From Sphingobacteriales bacterium (GTDB taxonomy: Bacteria > Bacteroidota > Bacteroidia > AKYH767-A > OLB10), in the NCBI GenBank assembly GCA_021299095.1, contig JAJTFW010000004.1, forward strand, positions 4,737-68,736: DNA of 64,000 nt, read 5' to 3'. Below, one piece after another: positions 1-9,652 of the stretch. Positions within the stretch are counted from its first letter, which is position 1. Each line of letters starts with the position of its first letter. The position numbers and the translations under genes are program-made. The notes beneath the pieces are model-generated. The model saw only the letters and a program-made list of their open reading frames with translations, did no database searches and was not told where the DNA came from.

Positions 1-1
1 C

Positions 2-592
2 GTCAGTCACTTTCGGCTTGCCATCCATCTGACTTTCGCATTTATCACGTTCGGGTATGTATTTAAGACCGCATTGGGTCTTATTTTTCCTTCGCAACAT
101 CCCCGAGCAGCTGCTTTAGGTCCGCTTCATAAGGAGACTGATGCAATTCTCCTGCTTCTCGTTCTTCAAATCATTTATGGTGCTTTTACCGCCGGTACCA
201 AGGCGGGTTGGGTATACAACACCTGGCCATTGATGGGTGACTCATTCATTGCCGAGTCTGTTCCATTCGCCTTCGAGAAAATGGGCTTGTCGAGCCTGGT
301 CAATAACATTGCTAGTATTCAGTTTATCCACCGGATTTTGGCTTATATCCTGTATGGATGGGTGCTTCTTTTCGGAATCCGCATGCTCAGATCGAATGAT
401 TGTGATTCAGGACAACGGAATGTGGCGATTCTAATGCTGGTGGTTATTCATGCTCAGGTATTGCTGGGAATCCTTACACTTATCAATCAGGTTCCGATGT
501 GGATGGGTGTATTGCATCAGGCACTCGCATTTCTTTTGTTTGCGTTGGTCATTTTTATCGCGCACAGGCTTCGCTTCGGCAAGTTGTCCTGA
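2..592 (+). CDS. ctaA: heme A synthase, COX15/CtaA family (5' end lies outside the window)
   Basis: The reading frame is open from nt 2, with no stop before the listed ORF 74..592. It encodes a polytopic membrane protein with the His-containing helices typical of COX15/CtaA (FIHRILAY, VLHQALAF). Confidence 0.75.
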   Translation, partial: VSHFRLAIHLTFAFITFGYVFKTALGLIFPSQHPRAAALGPLHKETDAILLLLVLQIIYGAFTAGTKAGWVYNTWPLMGDSFIAESVPFAFEKMGLSSLVNNIASIQFIHRILAYILYGWVLLFGIRMLRSNDCDSGQRNVAILMLVVIHAQVLLGILTLINQVPMWMGVLHQALAFLLFALVIFIAHRLRFGKLS

Positions 593-595
593 TCC

Positions 596-1216
596 ATGAC
601 GAAAACCTATCCGCAGTCCCGGATTGAACTTGAACGCGAGGGATACGTGATGCACACGATGTTCCAACACAACAACATTGTATCTTTTGTGAAAACCTAC
701 TTTTTCAGGACGAATCCTGTTATACTGTTTTATTGGTTGTTCAATGCCGTGGTGTTTCTGTTTTTTGTCTTGTTGCCAATTTTCAGTGAAGCTTTCCGAG
801 CCCAACTTCATTTGGTGTTGATCGGTTTGGTCGGTTTCCTTTTTCTTGTGCCCATCCACGAGTTGATTCACGGAATAGGCTATAGGCTTGCAGGTGCCAG
901 GACGGTATCTTATCGTGTTGTTTGGCGGAAATTTGTGGTGTATGCCATGGCCGACCGCTTTGTTACCCGCCGTCATTGGTTTGTTGCACTTGCACTGGCG
1001 CCCTTTGCGCTCATCAACTGCGCATTGATGATCCTGATAATGGCTACAGATGGAGGCTGGTCGGCCGTAATGACCGGCGCCTTGATTATGCATACCGCAG
1101 GCTGTTCCGGCGACTTTGCCCTGGTGAGTTATTTCTATACGTTTTGGAGCCGGCATCCCATCACGTATGACGAGGAGGCGGAGGGTAGGACGGTTTTTAT
1201 GCTTCTACCGGAATGA
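596..1216 (+). CDS. DUF3267-like membrane protein, putative zincin metallopeptidase (HExxH)
   Basis: The ORF is 206 aa and starts 3 nt after the ctaA stop. It has several TM helices and an HELIHG motif placed as in the DUF3267 putative zincin family. Confidence 0.6.
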   Translation: MTKTYPQSRIELEREGYVMHTMFQHNNIVSFVKTYFFRTNPVILFYWLFNAVVFLFFVLLPIFSEAFRAQLHLVLIGLVGFLFLVPIHELIHGIGYRLAGARTVSYRVVWRKFVVYAMADRFVTRRHWFVALALAPFALINCALMILIMATDGGWSAVMTGALIMHTAGCSGDFALVSYFYTFWSRHPITYDEEAEGRTVFMLLPE

Positions 1217-1272
1217 TACGGTTCTGCCCAACTGCAGATTGGTTATCTTTGAGATAATTCCAGTTTACGCTC

Positions 1273-3324
1273 ATGATTCACGAATTCCTGCGCAGAAATA
1301 TCGTTATACTGCTGCTTGTCTTTCCTCTTCTGGTTCAGGCCCAGATTCAGCGACCGGTCAAATGGAGTTTTAAGGCTGATCGCAAGGAAAACAAGGTAAC
1401 TGTAACCCTTAATGCCACCATCGATGCCGGGTGGCACGTGTATTCACAGAATTTACCCGCTGGAGGTCCCATTCCTACCAGCTTCACGTTTACTCCTTCC
1501 GCCGATTACACCTTAAGCGGAAAGGTCAGCGAGCCCCCTTCGGAGGAAATTTACGATGCGAACTTCGATATGAAGGTTCGCTATTTCGGTGAATCTGCAG
1601 TGTTTCGTCAAAAGCTTGATGCGAAAACTGACAAAGCGTTTTCAGTCAACGGCAAACTGGAGTTCATGGTTTGTAACGATCAGATGTGCCTGCCACCGGA
1701 AGAAGTCGAGTTTTCTATACCTGTATCTGGCACTGATGCCGGATCCGCCCCAGTCAGCAAGGATACTGCATCCCAATCTGTACCCGCTGAATCGGTAGAT
1801 TCAAGTTCAACGGGGCAGCTTACCACACCTTCTGTTTCAGCTCCTGGCGAACCGAGTGGTGACATGAGCGCACTTGAGCCAGACTGCAACGATGGAGCGG
1901 TTGTTGTTGAAGAAGACAAATCCTTTCTCGGCATTTTCATCGCTGGACTTATCGGAGGATTTCTGGCCCTCTTAACTCCCTGTGTGTTCCCAATGATTCC
2001 GTTGACTGTCAGTTTTTTCACCAAGCGGAGTCCAACCCGTGCCAAGGGAATGGCCAATGCAATCATCTATTCGGTAAGCATTATTCTCATCTACGTATTG
2101 CTCGGATTCCTGGTGACAGTTACCCTCGGATCGGATGCCCTAAACGCGATGGCGAGCAATGTGTACTTCAACATGCTCTTTTTCATCATCTTTTTCATTT
2201 TCGCGCTCTCGTTTTTTGGGGCATTTGAAATCACACTTCCGACTGCATGGGTCAACAAGGCCGATCAGGCATCTGATCGCGGCGGATTGATTGGAATCTT
2301 CTTCATGGCATTCACCCTTAGCCTGGTGTCGTTTAGTTGCACGGGACCGATTATCGGAACACTGCTGGTTGAAGCTGCCCGTGGCTCATCATACCTGGGG
2401 CCCATTATGGGGATGACTGGGTTTGCACTCGCTCTGGCTTTGCCGTTCGGCTTGTTTGCTGCATTCCCCGGTTGGCTGAATAGTCTACCTAAATCAGGTG
2501 GCTGGCTGAACTCGGTGAAGGTTGTACTTGGATTCCTTGAACTAGCTCTTGCGCTTAAATTCTTGTCCAATGTCGATCTCGCTTACCACTGGGGTTTACT
2601 CAAGCGGGAAGTGTTCATAGCAATTTGGATTGTCATATTCGGACTGATGGGGCTCTATCTACTCGGAAAGCTTCGTTTTTCACATGACAGCGAACTGCCT
2701 TACCTGGGCACTGCGCGACTGATATTCGCGATTTTGGCACTCACCTTTACCGTTTACCTTGTTCCCGGACTTTGGGGCGCACCCTTGCGAATGATCAGTG
2801 GTTTTCCGCCTCCGGAGTTTTACAAGGAGTGGACCCATACAGGTGAAGCAGGTGCGACAGCACATGCCGAAAGTTGTCCTCATGGCCTGGAGTGCTACCA
2901 CGATTACGAGGCCGGTATGGCGTATGCGCAATCTGTTGGGAAGCCGGTGATGATTGATTTCACGGGATGGAGTTGTGTTAACTGTAGAAAGATGGAGGAT
3001 AATGTGTGGTCGCAACCGGAGATTCTAGGTATCCTCAAGGAAAAATATGTGCTCATTTCACTCTATGTAGATGATAAGACCGCGCTTCCCGAATCTCAGC
3101 AGTACGTGAGCACCTTCAGTCAGAAGAAAATCAAAACTACGGGTGCCCGATGGAGCGATTTACAAAGCCGGGTGTATCAAACAAATTCGCAGCCTTATTA
3201 TGTTCTGTTGGATCACGATGGGAAGCCGCTTGCGAAACCTGTAGGCTACACTCCTAATGTAACTCAGTACAAGCAATTCCTCGAAGAAGGACTTTGTCGT
3301 TTTACAATCCGTAGCAGTAAATAA
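1273..3324 (+). CDS. dsbD: thiol:disulfide interchange protein, DsbD family (DsbD-alpha-like domain + CcdA/DsbD membrane core + C-terminal thioredoxin)
   Basis: It has a signal peptide (LLLVFPLLVQAQ) and a Ser/Pro-rich linker. The membrane core carries LLTPCVFPMIP and SFSCTGPI Cys motifs. The C-terminal thioredoxin fold has a WSCVNC CxxC motif. Confidence 0.85.
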   Translation: MIHEFLRRNIVILLLVFPLLVQAQIQRPVKWSFKADRKENKVTVTLNATIDAGWHVYSQNLPAGGPIPTSFTFTPSADYTLSGKVSEPPSEEIYDANFDMKVRYFGESAVFRQKLDAKTDKAFSVNGKLEFMVCNDQMCLPPEEVEFSIPVSGTDAGSAPVSKDTASQSVPAESVDSSSTGQLTTPSVSAPGEPSGDMSALEPDCNDGAVVVEEDKSFLGIFIAGLIGGFLALLTPCVFPMIPLTVSFFTKRSPTRAKGMANAIIYSVSIILIYVLLGFLVTVTLGSDALNAMASNVYFNMLFFIIFFIFALSFFGAFEITLPTAWVNKADQASDRGGLIGIFFMAFTLSLVSFSCTGPIIGTLLVEAARGSSYLGPIMGMTGFALALALPFGLFAAFPGWLNSLPKSGGWLNSVKVVLGFLELALALKFLSNVDLAYHWGLLKREVFIAIWIVIFGLMGLYLLGKLRFSHDSELPYLGTARLIFAILALTFTVYLVPGLWGAPLRMISGFPPPEFYKEWTHTGEAGATAHAESCPHGLECYHDYEAGMAYAQSVGKPVMIDFTGWSCVNCRKMEDNVWSQPEILGILKEKYVLISLYVDDKTALPESQQYVSTFSQKKIKTTGARWSDLQSRVYQTNSQPYYVLLDHDGKPLAKPVGYTPNVTQYKQFLEEGLCRFTIRSSK

Positions 3325-3340
3325 TCCGATTGAATCCATA

Positions 3341-3370
3341 AAAAAACGGGGGCCAGCGCCCCCGTTTTTT
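3341..3370. terminator. bidirectional rho-independent terminator between convergent genes
   Basis: The sequence AAAAAACGGGGGCCAGCGCCCCCGTTTTTT forms a GC-rich stem flanked by an A-run and a T-run. It can therefore terminate transcription from both strands. Confidence 0.75.
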
Positions 3371-3391
3371 CTGTTGCTTATTGTTCAGTGA

Positions 3392-5068
3392 TCAGTGTAC
3401 CTGAAACTGCTGGATGCTGCGCTTCTCTCCCGAAATCACGTGAATGAGGTATTGTCCCTGAGTAAGATTCGCAATGTTCAATTCGAGTGAATGGTTGCCG
3501 AATGGGAATCGCTCCTGCATGACCAATGATCCATTCAGGTTATAGATTTCTATACCATCTATCAGACGTTCTTCGCTGCTGAGTCGGATAAAATCCGATG
3601 CGGGGTTCGGGAACAAGACAAGGCTTTGGTCGGCTTCAATGGTGCCAATTCCTGTAGTGAGACCGTTGTAGCGGGCAACGAACACTGCAGCCTGTGACGG
3701 TGCAGACAAGGTGTTGGCACCAAGGGTGATTTGGCCACTGAAATTGCCGGCAACATTCAAATAACCTGTGGCATCCCATAGGATAGACTGTCCGCGTTCG
3801 CTATTCGATCCACCGGTTTTGATTACCCATAGCAAGGTTCCATTGATATCGTATTTGGCTACAAAACAATCGTTGCCATTGGTCGGGTTGATGTTCGTTC
3901 CGGTTTGGTTGGCATTGCTACCGAAGATGGCAAACTGAGAACCGCTTCCATTGATAGTGCCAGTAACGTATGAGCTATAACCAGGGTCGGTGCTGATGGC
4001 CTGTCCCACTTCATTGTTATCAACGCTACCGCGGATATGACGAACCCAAATGCATGAACCATCGGACGCATTCAGTTTCATCACGAAGGCATCACCATTA
4101 CCTGCAGGGTTCTGTGAGCTATAGTCCGCTTCTACAATGGTCTGGATACCGAAGTTGACTGTGCCATAAAAGATGCCCGTACAATGTGGGTTACCGGCTG
4201 CATCCTGACTTACACCGAAAATAGCTTCGCGATAATTGCCACCATAATCCTTTGCCCATAGCTGATTACCTAACTGGTCAAATTTTAGGATCACCATATC
4301 ATCGTGTGCAGTAGTGCCGGATGACAAGTTTGTGCCGTTGAAATTCACGGTTCCCCTATAGAATCCAGCCCAGTAAACGGTGTTCTGTGATACGCTGATG
4401 GATGTTCCGCGGTCGTCGGATGTACCACCGAAGCGCGAATGCCACATCGTATTTCCAGCAGAATCCGTCTTGATGAGGAACGCATCTTCCGCACCAGTTG
4501 CGGTCGGCAGACTAAGGGTGCCGTAGATCATTTCCTGGTTGTATACACCCGATAGGTATAGGCTTGTTCCAAAAGATGTTAAAGCAACAATTTTCTGTCT
4601 TCCGTTGCCGGTGAAAATCTTCACCCATTGAAATACTCCATTCGGAGAATACTTTGCTAGGAATGCATCTTCTGTGCCCTGTGCAGTATACGTCACACCA
4701 TTGATGACTAAGAAGAACTGGAAATTACCGGCCAGATAAACGTTCCCTGCTGCATCAGTGGTTACACCACCCGCACTCATGACGTTGTTTACGCTTCCAA
4801 TTTGAATGGTCCAGAGGTGGGATCCTGCAGCGTCGTACTTGCTGAGGAACTGATCGACAAAGCCCAGTGCAGCAATTCCTCCGCCACCGAAAGGTACAGC
4901 ACCTTCGAAGTCTCCGGTAACGTACATGTTTCCTGAGCCATCACGCGCAATCGCTGCAGTGCCATCAATGTTATTTCGACCGCCCATGGAATTGGCTTGG
5001 ACCCAGCTTTGCGCTTGAATGGCAAGTGCGCACATCACACCGGCAAGGGTTAGTAAGGATTTTTTCAT
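3392..5068 (-). CDS. secreted beta-propeller repeat (SBBP-like) protein with T9SS C-terminal sorting domain
   Basis: It has a signal peptide (MKKSLLTLAGVMCALAIQAQ). Repeated G-x-F-x-G / DAFL[AI]K[YT] blades are typical of SBBP beta-propeller repeats. The C-terminal ~80 aa (LFPNPASDFIRL...GQYLIHV) match the type A T9SS sorting domain pattern. Confidence 0.8.
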   Translation of the reverse strand: MKKSLLTLAGVMCALAIQAQSWVQANSMGGRNNIDGTAAIARDGSGNMYVTGDFEGAVPFGGGGIAALGFVDQFLSKYDAAGSHLWTIQIGSVNNVMSAGGVTTDAAGNVYLAGNFQFFLVINGVTYTAQGTEDAFLAKYSPNGVFQWVKIFTGNGRQKIVALTSFGTSLYLSGVYNQEMIYGTLSLPTATGAEDAFLIKTDSAGNTMWHSRFGGTSDDRGTSISVSQNTVYWAGFYRGTVNFNGTNLSSGTTAHDDMVILKFDQLGNQLWAKDYGGNYREAIFGVSQDAAGNPHCTGIFYGTVNFGIQTIVEADYSSQNPAGNGDAFVMKLNASDGSCIWVRHIRGSVDNNEVGQAISTDPGYSSYVTGTINGSGSQFAIFGSNANQTGTNINPTNGNDCFVAKYDINGTLLWVIKTGGSNSERGQSILWDATGYLNVAGNFSGQITLGANTLSAPSQAAVFVARYNGLTTGIGTIEADQSLVLFPNPASDFIRLSSEERLIDGIEIYNLNGSLVMQERFPFGNHSLELNIANLTQGQYLIHVISGEKRSIQQFQVH

Positions 5069-5107
5069 AAGGTTATGCAGGTTAACTTTCCCGCCAAAAT
5101 AGCAAAA

Positions 5108-6715
5108 TCAGTGCAGCCGAGCGGCCCTTTTTGCTTTTATAACGAGGATTGGCAAGAGTCCAAGTAAGCCCAATGCCGTGAAAATTCGGCCTATCCAGTC
5201 GCCATGGCGCGTGTAAAACGTGGTTTGATCACTCAATTCAAGGGTAGTGCGAATAGAAGCGGGCTCCCACCAATTGGTCGCCTGGGTCATGTCTCCTTTT
5301 AGATCAATGAAGCAACTCGTTCCGGTATTGGCAGCCCTCGCTACCGCTCTCCGATGCTCAATAGCTCTGAGGCGTGCATATTGGCAGTGTTGCCTGTAAC
5401 CTGGCGTTTTTTCCCACCAGCCATCATTGGTCATGATGCAAATTAAATTGGCTCCTTGCCGCACATACTCTCCCACATAGGCCCCAAAAACAGATTCATA
5501 ACAGATCACAGGTGCTGCGCGTACTTCGCCACACGGGAAAACGGACGGACTTGCCTGTGTGCCCAGGCTTCCGGTAATTCCTCCCAGATTGATGGCAAAC
5601 TCTTCCAAATGGCCAAAAATCACAGGAAATGGCATCTTTTCTACTCCTGGTACAAGCCTGGATTTGAAGTGCATGCTGTCCTCCTTACCATTAGCCAATC
5701 GGATTGCAGCATTGTACACATCGAATCGGACACCCGCCGTACCGGGATACTGGCGAGCCGTTGCGCTGGGTGTTTCATTTGGAGCGTATTGCCTGATGTA
5801 TGTAAGTCCGATTAGCAAATCAATATTCGGGTGGCTGCGGAGAAACGTACGTATTCGCTGCAGCTGAGGATGTGAATCAAGTTGCTCATCCCAAATGCCA
5901 TCGGGTATCGCTGTTTCTGGCGCAACAACAATTCTGGTGGTTGGTGTGATTTGATTCTCAGCCAGCGCGAGTATTTTTTCCAACTGCTCAGCGCTGTTTC
6001 CACTGAACTTCTCGTTGTAGGGGTCGATGTTCGGTTGAACCACAACGACTTCGGTTTTGGAAGTACTTGCTTCTATCCCCTGTAGAATAAACCAGGAGAG
6101 TACTGGCGGAATCAACACAATGAAAGCGAGCACGGCGTGGTGCACGGATTTCTTCAGAGGAGTAACAATCCATCTGTATAGAAAAAGATTGGTGGCCAGA
6201 ATCCACAGGCTGCCGCCCTGAGTGCCCGTCCATTCGTACCACTGGATGAAGTTTGTCCAGGCAGCCCATGCATTCCCCAAATTGAGCCAGGGCCAGCTCA
6301 GGTCCCAGTCCATGTGCAAGTGTTCGAATGATATCCAATAAACCGGCAGGCTGATATAACCCCAAGTATTGCCGAAAATCCGTCTGGTCCGGTCAAAAAG
6401 CAGGAACGGAATGCACATGAGCAAAGAATTGGCGAAAATCATTCCGAACATACCAAAGGGGCTGGCAAACCAAACCCACCAGGTATTGAGTGCATTGAAT
6501 GCTACAAAACTCAGGTAGACGTAGGGAAATAGCCGGATGTTCAGGCCCTGATCGCGTAGCCGGGATGTCGAATCCTGAAGGTGTAATAGCGGGAGAAATC
6601 CGATCAGCGACAAGGGCGCGAATCCGCCTGCTGGCCACGCTGCCCAGAGTAGAATAGGACTCAACAAGGCCAGCATCCAACGGGTTCTCCGTGAATTGGC
6701 GATAGGCTTCAACAT
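5108..6715 (-). CDS. lnt: apolipoprotein N-acyltransferase
   Basis: It has an N-terminal polytopic domain plus a CN-hydrolase domain with VAPETA (Glu), a conserved Lys region and VICYES (Cys). The start was moved to ATG 6715 (MLKPIANS...), 1 nt after the upstream gene's stop. The longer ORF to 6850 overlaps the upstream gene. Confidence 0.85.
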   Translation of the reverse strand: MLKPIANSRRTRWMLALLSPILLWAAWPAGGFAPLSLIGFLPLLHLQDSTSRLRDQGLNIRLFPYVYLSFVAFNALNTWWVWFASPFGMFGMIFANSLLMCIPFLLFDRTRRIFGNTWGYISLPVYWISFEHLHMDWDLSWPWLNLGNAWAAWTNFIQWYEWTGTQGGSLWILATNLFLYRWIVTPLKKSVHHAVLAFIVLIPPVLSWFILQGIEASTSKTEVVVVQPNIDPYNEKFSGNSAEQLEKILALAENQITPTTRIVVAPETAIPDGIWDEQLDSHPQLQRIRTFLRSHPNIDLLIGLTYIRQYAPNETPSATARQYPGTAGVRFDVYNAAIRLANGKEDSMHFKSRLVPGVEKMPFPVIFGHLEEFAINLGGITGSLGTQASPSVFPCGEVRAAPVICYESVFGAYVGEYVRQGANLICIMTNDGWWEKTPGYRQHCQYARLRAIEHRRAVARAANTGTSCFIDLKGDMTQATNWWEPASIRTTLELSDQTTFYTRHGDWIGRIFTALGLLGLLPILVIKAKRAARLH

Positions 6716-8046
6716 GGATTCAAAGTTATTCTGATTGGCGAACGTTTGGCAACCTGAGTCAATCCAGGAGCTGCAAGTACGATCAGAAATGGGAATACCG
6801 GAACCCTGAATCGTGCGGATGCGGACGGGCCGGTGGCCAGAATGAACCAAATTATCCAGGTGATCAATACGCGACGTAGCCCTGGGTTTTTTGCATCACG
6901 CTGAATGCCGATGATGATGAGCAGAAGGATGAGCAGTGCACCGATAATCGAGCACAACCAAATCGTCCAATACCAGATCGGTCTGCTTAGCCATGTTGCG
7001 CGATAGCCTTGGTGTTGAAAGGAAGGGTTGCTTTCGATCGATCCTAAGCGCATTTCCAAATCCCATCGACCCGGGTCAACCAAAAAGGAAACAGCCCCTT
7101 TAAAATAAGCCCAACAGGTTGCTAGTGGTTTTTCTGTGATTACCTTACGAATCAACGAATCGCTTTTTGTACAGGATTCTGCGTAAGTCAAGCCATTAAG
7201 TGATTCTTGAAAGTGTGCAATTTGGTTTTTTGCAAATGCATCATCGTGATGAATCGCAAGTATGGAGGGTAGCGTATAATTTATCAATAGCTTTCTTCCC
7301 ACGGAGCTTAATTCGGTCACTCCGGTTTGCTGTTCGTTTCGAATGAGTGTAGCGGTAATCAGTACGATGTGTATGGCCGCTGCCACTAATGCAGTACGCC
7401 TGACTTTAAATGTTCCATGTACAGCTTGCCAAATGACCACTGGTATCCAGCAGAAAATAGCTACCGGCTTTGTGAGCCAGGCAAGTAATAGCATCAGGTG
7501 GCCTATCCAGAAAAAGTGCTTGTTTTTAGTGGTGTTAAACTTCAACAAATAAAACACCCCGCTCACAAGCAGGAACTGAAGCAGTGTTTCGCTCATGTAT
7601 ACCTGAGCGTAAATCCACGAGGAGGGCATGAGTAGCCATATCGCTCCCATACTAAACGCGCGAAGCTGAATTCCGAAGCCCTGACTGAGGATTTTCCACG
7701 TGAGTACAGCCGACAATGCATGGAGGAGCGATTGGAAGATCAGAGCAAGCAAGGGGAAGCGTAACCCCATGCTCGACAGAAATAAAAAGGCCGAATATCC
7801 TGGCGGCCGCCTACTGTATAGGGAAGGATCGATTTCGTAATCGAGTTCCCCACAATACCAAGCTCCGTGTTCAAAAAGATTCTCCGCCAGCCTAAAGTAA
7901 TCAATTGAGTCACTGGTGTAGATCCTGCCAGCTGAAATCGCCATCCAGGTCAAGCTGAGCTGAAGGCTCAGCACCATGACAAAAACTGCCGTGGGAGTCC
8001 GTGTGCATTGCATTCCCATTGGCGGTAAAAGTACACATGTACTCAA
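6709..8046 (-). CDS. GT-C fold membrane glycosyltransferase (family 39/83, ArnT/PMT-like)
   Basis: It has about 11 predicted TM helices. An early-loop YSRRPPGYSAF motif is characteristic of ArnT/PMT_2-type glycosyltransferases that use polyprenyl-phosphate sugars. The exact start is uncertain, with Met codons at 8046, 8019 and 8013. Confidence 0.65.
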   Translation of the reverse strand: MSTCVLLPPMGMQCTRTPTAVFVMVLSLQLSLTWMAISAGRIYTSDSIDYFRLAENLFEHGAWYCGELDYEIDPSLYSRRPPGYSAFLFLSSMGLRFPLLALIFQSLLHALSAVLTWKILSQGFGIQLRAFSMGAIWLLMPSSWIYAQVYMSETLLQFLLVSGVFYLLKFNTTKNKHFFWIGHLMLLLAWLTKPVAIFCWIPVVIWQAVHGTFKVRRTALVAAAIHIVLITATLIRNEQQTGVTELSSVGRKLLINYTLPSILAIHHDDAFAKNQIAHFQESLNGLTYAESCTKSDSLIRKVITEKPLATCWAYFKGAVSFLVDPGRWDLEMRLGSIESNPSFQHQGYRATWLSRPIWYWTIWLCSIIGALLILLLIIIGIQRDAKNPGLRRVLITWIIWFILATGPSASARFRVPVFPFLIVLAAPGLTQVAKRSPIRITLNPC

Positions 8047-8050
8047 TGCC

Positions 8051-8058
8051 TACATTTG
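8051..8058 (+). promoter_or_regulatory. Bacteroidota sigma-A type -7 box (TAnnTTTG)
   Basis: TACATTTG lies immediately upstream of the epimerase gene. ATG 8065 lies 7 nt after the box, so the mRNA would be leaderless or nearly so. Confidence 0.4.
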
Positions 8059-8064
8059 ATGCCG

Positions 8065-9117
8065 ATGTCTGCCCTCCGGCTTCAGGCCCTGCATTATCGT
8101 CTTTCGTTTTTACGGCCTTTCGGGGTCGCCCATGGTACGCGTAGCTTTACTGATGTTGTTTATGTCAGGGCCTCATTCAATGGGCAAACCGGATTCGGTG
8201 AGGCCGCGGTACCCCCTTATCTTGGTTACGATACCCCCAGGCTTGTACAGGCTTTTCATACCTGGTTTCCATCTCAGTTGAACGACAGCTTGGCCATCCG
8301 TCAAGTTCTGGCTTCGCTCGCGCAGGTTGGAAATGAGATTCCTAAGCCACTCAGGTGCGCCGTCGATCTTGCAATGCACGATTTACTGGGTAAGTTTTCC
8401 GGACTGCCCGTACGCGCAGTATTCGGAATTCCGGATGCCGTACGTGAATGTGCGTTCACCATCGGCATCGGCTCTGTGGAGGATGTTATTGATCAGGTCC
8501 AGGCTCATCCGCAAATCACGTTGTTTAAAATGAAATTGGGTGGGCCCATTGACCGGGATCGGGTGGAGGCCTTGCTGAAAACCGGACACACCCGTTTTTG
8601 TGTCGATGCAAATCAAGCCTGGAAGTCGGTTGAAGTTGCTGCAGCCGAAATTCGCTGGCTTTCAGACAGGGGTTGTCTTTTTGTTGAACAGCCCATGCCG
8701 GTTTCGCTGGATCATGAACTTCCGCGTCTAAAGTCCATATCCCCATTGCCACTCATTTTGGATGAATCGCTTCAAGATTCCGCCGATTTGGAGCGACTGG
8801 CCGCATCCTGCCACGGAATCAACGTTAAGTTGCTCAAGTGTGGGGGGCTGGCTCCTGCTGTCGGTTTGATCCGCCGGGCAAACAGGCTGGGTTTAAAGGT
8901 ATTGGTAGGGTGTATGTCGGACAGTGCGTGCGGGGCCTCTGCTGCAGCGCAGCTTGCCGGATGGGCCGATTGGCTGGATTTGGATGGCCCGCTGCTGATT
9001 GGAAACGATCCGTTCCGATTGCCCGAATATCGGGAGGGAAAACTTTGGCCGGATACGAGCCCAGGCACGGGCGCATGTCTTGTCCAATCCGGCTTGTTCC
9101 CCGAGGACGAAAGGTGA
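8065..9117 (+). CDS. dipeptide epimerase (L-Ala-D/L-Glu epimerase type), enolase superfamily
   Basis: Enolase-superfamily motifs are present: FKMKLG (KxK), VDANQAW, LFVEQP and ILDES. The start could be 8056, 8059 or 8065. I preferred 8065 because of the upstream -7 box. Confidence 0.8.
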   Translation: MSALRLQALHYRLSFLRPFGVAHGTRSFTDVVYVRASFNGQTGFGEAAVPPYLGYDTPRLVQAFHTWFPSQLNDSLAIRQVLASLAQVGNEIPKPLRCAVDLAMHDLLGKFSGLPVRAVFGIPDAVRECAFTIGIGSVEDVIDQVQAHPQITLFKMKLGGPIDRDRVEALLKTGHTRFCVDANQAWKSVEVAAAEIRWLSDRGCLFVEQPMPVSLDHELPRLKSISPLPLILDESLQDSADLERLAASCHGINVKLLKCGGLAPAVGLIRRANRLGLKVLVGCMSDSACGASAAAQLAGWADWLDLDGPLLIGNDPFRLPEYREGKLWPDTSPGTGACLVQSGLFPEDER

Positions 9118-9135
9118 TTCTGCCCTTTGATTGCC

Positions 9136-9143
9136 TACTTTTG
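9136..9143 (+). promoter_or_regulatory. Bacteroidota -7 box (TAnnTTTG)
   Basis: TACTTTTG ends 5 nt before ATG 9149. Confidence 0.4.
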
Positions 9144-9148
9144 AATGC

Positions 9149-9640
9149 ATGATCACCATTCGTCCGGCAGAAGAGCGAGATGTGGAGGCCATTACGGCCA
9201 TCTATAATGAAGCAGTCCTGAACACGACCGCTACATTCGATACGGATCCGAAAACGGAAACCGACCGGCTCTCCTGGCTCCGGGCACACGGTGAACAACA
9301 TCCGGTGCTGGTGGCTATAGTTGACAACACGGTTGCCGGTTGGGCTTCATTAAGCCGCTGGAGCGAACGGGCTGCCTATGACTCAACGGCTGAGACATCC
9401 CTCTATGTGCATGTCGATTACAGGAAAAGAGGAATCGGCAAACAACTCATGGAGGTGCTGGTCCTTGCCGGACGTAAAGCCGGCTTACACACGCTTATCG
9501 CACGCATAACCCATGGAAACGAGCAGAGTATTTACCTGCACGAACGCATGGGTTTTGTCAACATTGGAACCATGCGCGAGGCCGGAACCAAATTTGGCCG
9601 ATACCATGATGTCCATTTCCTTCAAATTGTTTTTTCCTGA
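9149..9640 (+). CDS. GNAT N-acetyltransferase, phosphinothricin acetyltransferase-like
   Basis: The N-terminus (MITIRPAEERDVEAITAIYNEAV) and the RKRGIGKQLM acetyl-CoA loop are typical of the PAT/GNAT subfamily. Confidence 0.8.
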   Translation: MITIRPAEERDVEAITAIYNEAVLNTTATFDTDPKTETDRLSWLRAHGEQHPVLVAIVDNTVAGWASLSRWSERAAYDSTAETSLYVHVDYRKRGIGKQLMEVLVLAGRKAGLHTLIARITHGNEQSIYLHERMGFVNIGTMREAGTKFGRYHDVHFLQIVFS

Positions 9641-9652
9641 TCCGCTCAAGGT

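Noticed and set aside
431-1156. 241-aa minus-strand ORF overlapping ctaA and the DUF3267 gene.
   Set aside because: It is antisense to two well-supported membrane protein genes. Its His/Lys/Gln/Gly-rich composition is typical of a shadow ORF, and it has no motif.
5108-6850. 580-aa version of lnt with a 45-aa N-terminal extension. The same issue applies to the N-terminal extensions of the TIGR01777 gene (to 18143), the OM barrel gene (to 19107) and purS (to 58416).
   Set aside because: The extensions overlap upstream genes, lack conservation-like features, and internal ATGs give canonical N-termini or signal peptides.
8772-9301. Cluster of 98- to 155-aa ORFs on both strands inside and after the epimerase gene.
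   Set aside because: They overlap one another and the enolase-superfamily gene. They are Arg/Pro/Ser-rich translations of GC-rich coding DNA in the wrong frames.
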